Of a stretch of 64,000 nucleotides of DNA, positions 58,346 to 64,000 are shown one piece after another (positions within the stretch are counted from its first letter, which is position 1; every line of letters begins with the position of its first letter). Both the position numbers and the translations under genes were made by a program. Location: the NCBI GenBank assembly GCA_021802825.1, contig JAJZRG010000011.1, positions 2,581 through 66,580 on the forward strand. Direction: 5' to 3'. The DNA is from Chloroflexota bacterium. Its GTDB lineage: Bacteria > Chloroflexota > Limnocylindria > Limnocylindrales > CSP1-4. Under the pieces are notes generated by a model. That model searched no databases. It worked only from the letters and a program-made list of their open reading frames with translations, and was not told the DNA's origin.

Positions 58346-59923
58346 TCAGGCGGGATCGAGACGCGAGGTCCCCGTCATCCCGTCCCAACGGGGCAGTCCC
58401 GCGAGCTCGAGGATGGTCGGCGCCACGTCCGCGAGGACCCCGTCCCGCAGCTTGCGCCCGGCCAGCGCGCGGCCCATTCCGAGCAGCGGCACGGGGTTGA
58501 GCGAGTGCGCGGTGACCGGATTGCCCTGTGCGTCGCGCAGCTCGTCCGCGTTGCCGTGGTCGGCGGTGATGAGCAGCACCGCGCCCGGGCCCTCGGGATC
58601 GGCCGCCTCGACGCGCTCGATGGCATCCGCGACCTGCCCGAGGCACGTGTCGATGGTGGCCAGAGCCCGCAGCGTCGCATCCCACACACCGGTGTGCCCC
58701 ACCATGTCCGCGTTGGCGTAGTTGGCGACGATGAAGTCGTGCTTGCCCGACTCGATGTCGGCGACGAGCTCCTCGGTGACCCCGGCCGCGCTCATCTCGG
58801 GCTGGAGGTCGTAGGTGGCGACCTTGGGGCTCTGGACGAGCTTGCGCTCCTCGCCCGGCCAGGGCGTCTCCACACCACCGTTGAAGAAGTACGTCACGTG
58901 GGCGTACTTCTCGGTCTCGGCGACGTGGAACTGGGTCCAGCCCTGCTCGGAGAACGCCTGCGCCAGAGAGCGCGTCTCTTCGGGCCCGAAGGCCACCTCG
59001 ACCGGCAGGCCTGACTCGTACTCGGTCAAGGTGACGACAAGCAGGTCTTGCGGGGCGGGCCGGCCCGAGGGGCTGGCGCGGTCGAAGCTGGTGAAGTCGG
59101 CGTCCGCGAGCGCGTGCGTCAGCTGGCGAGCGCGGTCGGCGCGGAAGTTGAAGTGGACGATGGGGTCGCGGTCGCGCAGCTGCCCGTCGGTGCCGTCGAT
59201 GACCGAGGGCATGACGAACTCATCGGTCTCGCCACGCGCGTAGGCCGCCTCGATCGCGGCGTTCGCCGACGGGGCGTGCAGGCCCTCGGCGTGGGCGATG
59301 GCGTCGTAGCCCCGCTCCGTGCGCTCCCAGCGCCTGTCGCGGTCCATGGCGTAGTAGCGGCCGCCCACCGAGGCGATCTTGGCGTCCGGGTGGGCTGCGG
59401 CGAGGCGCGCCTCGAGGTCTGCCATGTACCCGAGCGCGGAACTCGGCGGCAGGTCGCGGCCGTCGAGGAGCGCGTGGACCCTGACCTGCGGCACGCCGAC
59501 GCGGGCCGCCAGCTCCACGAGCGCCACGAGGTGCCGGTCGTGGCTGTGCACCCCGCCCGGGCCGATCAGGCCGACGGCGTGCAGGCGCCCGGTTTCCCTG
59601 GCGCGTGCACAGGCATGGACAAGCGCCGGGCGCCCGAAGAAGGACCCGTCCACGATCGCGGCGTCGATCCGTGGCAGGTCCTGGAGCACGGGCCGTCCCG
59701 TGCCGAGGTTGAGGTGGCCCACCTCGGAGTTGCCCATCTGGCCCCTGGGCAGCGCGACAGCGCCCTCGGAGGCTTGGAGCACGCTATGCGGCCAGCGGTC
59801 CAGGAGCGCCCGCCAGCGGGGCATCGCTGCCGCGGCGATCGCGTCGGCGTCCTTCGACCGCCCGATTCCGAACCCGTCGAGGACGACCAGGACGATCGGG
59901 CGGGGCCGGCCGCCCGGCGCCAT
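58346..59923 (-). CDS. gpmI: 2,3-bisphosphoglycerate-independent phosphoglycerate mutase
   Basis: LVVLDGFG, GQMGNSEVGH, GRYYAMDRD, ETEKYAHVT and TADHGNA motifs. Start placed at ATG 59923. Confidence 0.97.
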   Translation of the reverse strand: MAPGGRPRPIVLVVLDGFGIGRSKDADAIAAAAMPRWRALLDRWPHSVLQASEGAVALPRGQMGNSEVGHLNLGTGRPVLQDLPRIDAAIVDGSFFGRPALVHACARARETGRLHAVGLIGPGGVHSHDRHLVALVELAARVGVPQVRVHALLDGRDLPPSSALGYMADLEARLAAAHPDAKIASVGGRYYAMDRDRRWERTERGYDAIAHAEGLHAPSANAAIEAAYARGETDEFVMPSVIDGTDGQLRDRDPIVHFNFRADRARQLTHALADADFTSFDRASPSGRPAPQDLLVVTLTEYESGLPVEVAFGPEETRSLAQAFSEQGWTQFHVAETEKYAHVTYFFNGGVETPWPGEERKLVQSPKVATYDLQPEMSAAGVTEELVADIESGKHDFIVANYANADMVGHTGVWDATLRALATIDTCLGQVADAIERVEAADPEGPGAVLLITADHGNADELRDAQGNPVTAHSLNPVPLLGMGRALAGRKLRDGVLADVAPTILELAGLPRWDGMTGTSRLDPA

Positions 59924-60708
59924 CACGAGGCGAGCCCGCGCGCCTTGGCGGTGATGCCGGCGCGCGCGCAGATGCCCGCCATCTCGTCGGGCTTGAGCGA
60001 GGCGCCGCCGATCAGCGCGCCGTCGACGCCGGGCTCCGCGAGGAACTCCTCGATGTTGCCCGAGGTCACCGAGCCGCCGTACAGGACGGGCGTCTCGTCG
60101 GCGCGGCTCCCCCACCCCAGCGCGCGGAGGCTGGCGCGGATCGCCTGCGCCATCGCCTCGGCGTCAGCCCCCCGCGCGTTCTTGCCCGTGCCGATGGCCC
60201 ACACCGGCTCGTACGCGACCACGAGGCCCGCGCCGGCGAGCGTCTCGGGATCGCGTCCCTCGAGGGCGCCGCGGAGCTGCCCGTCCACGACCTGCGTCTC
60301 GCGGCCGGCCTCGCGCTCCGCGAGCACCTCGCCCACGCACAGGATGGGGCGCAGGCCGCCGGCGAGCGCGCGGTCGAGCTTCTTGCCGATGAGTGCGTCC
60401 GTCTCGCCGAAGTAGGCGCGACGCTCAGAGTGGCCCAGGATCACCCAAGTCGCCAGCCCCGCCAGCATGGGGACGGAGACCTCGCCGGTGTAGGCACCGG
60501 CGAGCTCGTGGTGGACGTTCTGGGCCCCAACGCCCACGTCCTCGCCGGCCAGCGCGTCGCGGACGGCGGCGAGGCTCACATACGGTGGGCAGATCACGCG
60601 CGTCACGCCGGGCTCCCGGGTGCGGGACGCGATGGTCCGCGCAAGGTCGCCGGCGTCGGCGGGGGTGGTGTTCATCTTCCAGTTGGCGGCAATCACAATC
60701 GGGCGCAT
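59923..60708 (-). CDS. tpiA: Triosephosphate isomerase
   Basis: ANWKMN, GAYTGEVS, GHSERR, AYEPVWAIGTG and LIGGASL motifs. Start placed at ATG 60708. Confidence 0.97.
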   Translation of the reverse strand: MRPIVIAANWKMNTTPADAGDLARTIASRTREPGVTRVICPPYVSLAAVRDALAGEDVGVGAQNVHHELAGAYTGEVSVPMLAGLATWVILGHSERRAYFGETDALIGKKLDRALAGGLRPILCVGEVLAEREAGRETQVVDGQLRGALEGRDPETLAGAGLVVAYEPVWAIGTGKNARGADAEAMAQAIRASLRALGWGSRADETPVLYGGSVTSGNIEEFLAEPGVDGALIGGASLKPDEMAGICARAGITAKARGLAS

Positions 60709-60715
60709 GCCGAGA

Positions 60716-61642
60716 TCATGCCAGAGGCGGTTGCGTCGCCTCCCTGCCCACCGGCACGCCAGATGGCGACCCCCGGCCCGCCCGACGGCCCCCGCCGGCC
60801 CGCCCGACCCTGCCGGATGGACGGTAGCCGTCCCGCAGCCCGATCCCCTCGTCGTCGTGGAGGGCCAGCCGCTCGAGGCGGTCCAGTGCCCGCTGCACGG
60901 CTGAGCGGTGGAGCTCGAGGCGGGCCGCGATCTCGGACAGCGAGGCCTCGGGCGTCTCGCGGCGCGCCTCGGCCACAGCCCGAACCGTCCGGGGCTGCTC
61001 CGCGAGCCGTCCGTCGTCATCGAGCACATCGATCGCGGCGAGCTGGCGGCCGGCCGCGGCCACGGAGCGCTGGAGGTTCGCGGACTCCGCGTTGATCACG
61101 CGGTTGAGCTCCCCGCGCAGGCTGCGCGCGACGCCCCGCGCCTGGAGCTCGAGCAGCGCCGCGCTGGCGCCGATCCGGCCGAGAAAGGCGGCAATCGACT
61201 CGGCACTCTTCCAGGTCACCACGCCCGCGCCGCGCCGCACGCGCCACGACGCCGGCAGTCCCACCTCGGCGAGCCGCCCCGCGAGCATCTCGGCCTCCTC
61301 CAGCGGCACGACGAACTCGAGGTGCGCCCGGCCCGTGGCCAGGCTGAGCGATCCCCGGGCGAGGAACCGGCCGCGGAGCCAGGCCATGCGGCAGTGCTCA
61401 GGTGCCTGGGCCCACGAGAACGACACGGGCGGCAGGGTGATCGCGCGGCGCACGCCGTGGGGCCGCGGCGACCCGGCGTGGCCGCCCAGCCGCACCGCCA
61501 GCCGCGCCACGGTCGTCTCGCGGGTGACGAGCGCCGGCCCCAGCCCGGCTAGCTCGGCGTTCCGGTCGCAGGGTCGGGCCGGGTCCACCGCCGCCACCTC
61601 GGCCCGCAGCGCAGCGACCAGGTCCCGCTCGGTTGCGGACAT
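60716..61642 (-). CDS. whiA: DNA-binding protein WhiA
   Basis: WLRGRFLARGSLS, LNRVINAESANL and PEASL.E motifs; follows yvcK. Confidence 0.9.
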   Translation of the reverse strand: MSATERDLVAALRAEVAAVDPARPCDRNAELAGLGPALVTRETTVARLAVRLGGHAGSPRPHGVRRAITLPPVSFSWAQAPEHCRMAWLRGRFLARGSLSLATGRAHLEFVVPLEEAEMLAGRLAEVGLPASWRVRRGAGVVTWKSAESIAAFLGRIGASAALLELQARGVARSLRGELNRVINAESANLQRSVAAAGRQLAAIDVLDDDGRLAEQPRTVRAVAEARRETPEASLSEIAARLELHRSAVQRALDRLERLALHDDEGIGLRDGYRPSGRVGRAGGGRRAGRGSPSGVPVGREATQPPLA

Positions 61643-61647
61643 CCGCC

Positions 61648-63060
61648 CTAGGCTGACCGTTCCACGCGGGCGGCCGCGGGCCGACGGCGTCGGCCGCCCT
61701 CCCGGTCCCACGCGCGCATGATGGAGGCGGCGAGCCGCTCTGGGTCGTGGCGCCGCGCGTTGGCCCGGTCCACGAGGTCGTCGAGGACGAGGCGCGCGGC
61801 CGTGCGCTCCCGGGGCGGCCAGCGGAGCCGGACGGCCTCGCCGCTCGACCCGTCACGGCCGGCGCCATCGAAGCGGTTGTTGGCGAGCACCAGGTCCGGC
61901 AGGTGTGCGACGCCGTGGACGGCGAGGGCGTCGAGGTGGTCGGCCAGGTCGTAGCCCGAGGTCTCGCCATCCTGCGTCGCGACGTTGCAGGCGAAGATGA
62001 CGAGCGCCCCGGATGCCGCGACCGCCTCGCGGATACCGGGCACCAGCAACGCCGGCAGGAGGCTGGTGTAGAGGCTGCCGGGCCCGAGCACGATGGCGTC
62101 CGCGTCGGCAATGGCGCGCAGCGCGTCATCGGTGGGCTGGACATCGCCGGGCGTCACCCACACCCGCTCGATGCCGGCCGTGTGGGCGATCCTGCTCTGG
62201 CCCTCGACCTCGCTGCCGTCCTGGAGGCGGGCGTGCATCGTCAGCACGGTGCTCGTGGCCGGGACGACGCTGCCGCGCACTGCGAGGACGCGGTTCATCT
62301 CGCGGACGCCCTGCTCGAAATCGCCGTTCTCGAGCTGTACCAGCGCGGCCAGCAGCAGGTTCCCCACCGCGTGGCCCCCGAGGCCGGCCTCAGCGGCGGC
62401 GAAGGGCCCGTCGACGGGCATTCCGGCGGCGTCCGCGGCGGAGGGCTTGTCCGGCTCGGCCGCGGACGCGGTGGCGGGCCCGGTGCCCGGGAAGCGGTAC
62501 TGGAGCAAGCGCGCCATCAGCGGCTCGGAGTCGGCGAGTGCCACGACGCAGTTGCGGATGTCGCCGACCGCCGGGATGCCGAGCTCGGCCCGCAGTACCC
62601 CTGAGGAGCCGCCGTCGTCGGCCACGGTCACGACCGCCGTCAGGTTCGAGGTGTGCTCCTTGAGACCGCGCAGGAGCGTCGAGAGCCCCGTCCCGCCGCC
62701 GATCGCCACGATCTTGGGGCCCCGGGCCAGGAACCGCTTCTGGTAGATCACCTCGACCATCGGCTGGTCGCGGTCCCAGAGGGCGAACGGGTCCACGAGG
62801 GCGCGGACCAGCCGGTAAGAGCCGAACAGGAACAGCACAACGCCTGCGCCGCCGAGCAGCAGGCCCCGCGCCTGGTAGGGCAGGAACTGGAAGGTCAGCA
62901 GGTTGACGAGCTGGCCGGGCGGGTCGTCGGCGCTCAGTGAGGCGGTCAGCTGGCGCAGCAGGTGTGCGATGCCGAGAGCCAGGATGACCAGCCCCACGAA
63001 CGCCAGCAGCAGCCAGCGCTTGACCCCGATGCCGACGGTGAGCCAGCGGCGCAGGTTCAC
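61648..63060 (-). CDS. yvcK: YvcK/GlmR family gluconeogenesis factor with N-terminal TM extension
   Basis: IVAIGGGTGLSTLLRGLK, VTVADDGGSSG and LGPGSLYTSLLP motifs. Confidence 0.93.
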   Translation of the reverse strand: MNLRRWLTVGIGVKRWLLLAFVGLVILALGIAHLLRQLTASLSADDPPGQLVNLLTFQFLPYQARGLLLGGAGVVLFLFGSYRLVRALVDPFALWDRDQPMVEVIYQKRFLARGPKIVAIGGGTGLSTLLRGLKEHTSNLTAVVTVADDGGSSGVLRAELGIPAVGDIRNCVVALADSEPLMARLLQYRFPGTGPATASAAEPDKPSAADAAGMPVDGPFAAAEAGLGGHAVGNLLLAALVQLENGDFEQGVREMNRVLAVRGSVVPATSTVLTMHARLQDGSEVEGQSRIAHTAGIERVWVTPGDVQPTDDALRAIADADAIVLGPGSLYTSLLPALLVPGIREAVAASGALVIFACNVATQDGETSGYDLADHLDALAVHGVAHLPDLVLANNRFDGAGRDGSSGEAVRLRWPPRERTAARLVLDDLVDRANARRHDPERLAASIMRAWDREGGRRRRPAAARVERSA

Positions 63061-64000
63061 CGCTCGAGCTCGCGGTGGAACACTGACACGGGGCCGAAGG
63101 CGCGCTCCCGCAGCCAGGTGGCCAGCTGCTCGGTCATGACGATCGAGCGGTGGAAGCCACCCGTGCAGCCGATGGCGATCGTGAGGCGCGTCTTGCCCTC
63201 GTCGACGTAGGCCGGGACGAGCAGGTCGAGCAGCTCCCGGAGCTGGGCGAGGAACGCCTCGGCGATGGGCTGCGCCATGACGTAGTCCCGGACCGCCTCC
63301 GTCAGCCCGTTCTGCGCGCGCAGCGACTCGATGTAGTGGGGGTTCTTCATGAACCGGACGTCGAGCACGAGGTCGGCCTCCAGGGGGACACCGTACTTGA
63401 AGCCGAAGCTGATCAGCTGAATTGAAAGCCGGTCGGAGTTCTGGACGTCTCCGAGACGCGCGAAGATTCGCTCCCGAAGCTCTCGCAACGAGGAATGGCT
63501 GGTGTCGATGACGACGTCGGCCTGCATCCGGATGCTCTCGAGCATGGAGCGCTCGAGCGCGATGCTGGTCGCGATGCCCCGTTCGTCGGCCAGCGGGTGC
63601 CGGTGCCGGGTCTCGCTGAACCGCCGGATGAGGACGTCGTCGCTGGCCTCGAGGAAGAAGATCACCGGCCGGATGCCGCGCCCTTCGAGCGCCCCGCGCA
63701 TCGCGCCGAACGCGAGCGGGACGTCGCCGGTGCGGGCATCGAGCACGATCGCGGTCCGGGCGAACCGGAGCGGGTCGGTGGCGACAAGGTCCGCGAGGTC
63801 GCGCAGCAGCTCGCCGGGCAGGTTGTCCACGACGGTGTAGCCCAGGTCCTCGAACAGCTTCGCGGCCGCCGTCTTGCCGCCGCCCGAGAGGCCGGTCAGG
63901 ACCACGACCTCCTGGCTCCGGGCGGTGCCAGCGCCCGTGGCGGCCGGGGTGCCGGCGCGGTCGGCGGCCGAGGCGTCGTCGTCCTGTGGCGCGCGGTCGG
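63057..64000 (-). CDS. rapZ: RNase adapter RapZ (YvcJ), start outside the window
   Basis: TGLSGGGKT, VVDNLP, SFGFKYGVP, DVRF..NP and GCTGGFHRS motifs; the frame is open to the window end. Confidence 0.95.
   Translation of the reverse strand, partial: DRAPQDDDASAADRAGTPAATGAGTARSQEVVVLTGLSGGGKTAAAKLFEDLGYTVVDNLPGELLRDLADLVATDPLRFARTAIVLDARTGDVPLAFGAMRGALEGRGIRPVIFFLEASDDVLIRRFSETRHRHPLADERGIATSIALERSMLESIRMQADVVIDTSHSSLRELRERIFARLGDVQNSDRLSIQLISFGFKYGVPLEADLVLDVRFMKNPHYIESLRAQNGLTEAVRDYVMAQPIAEAFLAQLRELLDLLVPAYVDEGKTRLTIAIGCTGGFHRSIVMTEQLATWLRERAFGPVSVFHRELER

Overview
A very GC-rich bacterial chromosome segment, mostly housekeeping genes on the minus strand. Gene content and order suggest a monoderm, Chloroflexota-like organism (inference, not verified). 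Main blocks: rpsP-khpA-rimM-trmD-rplS; yceD-rpmF-plsX-asp23-nusB-acpP-rnc-smc-ftsY-ffh; DAK2-recG-rsmD-coaD; ileS-lspA-rluD-gmk-priA, def-fmt, rlmN-rpe-dtd; rpsF-ssb-rpsR; eight tRNA genes; rapZ-yvcK-whiA-tpiA-gpmI-secG. The best accessory candidates are (1) an XRE-HTH/PD-(D/E)xK-like nuclease gene inserted antisense between yceD and rpmF, preceded by a 96-bp tandem unit with a 37-nt conserved core and other repeats, and (2) an edge-truncated large protein with an OmpA-like domain embedded in a Gly-rich beta region, followed by a small beta-sandwich gene. Smaller oddities: IleRS with GVHH in place of HIGH, RNase HII lacking its GRG motif, tRNA-Val with C33, a likely CTG start, many apparently leaderless genes, tandem LCP paralogues, a gene fragment beside tRNA-Gln, and several palindromic intergenic elements. 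No CRISPR-Cas, integrase, transposase or rRNA was seen. Family assignments come from motif recognition by eye, not database searches.
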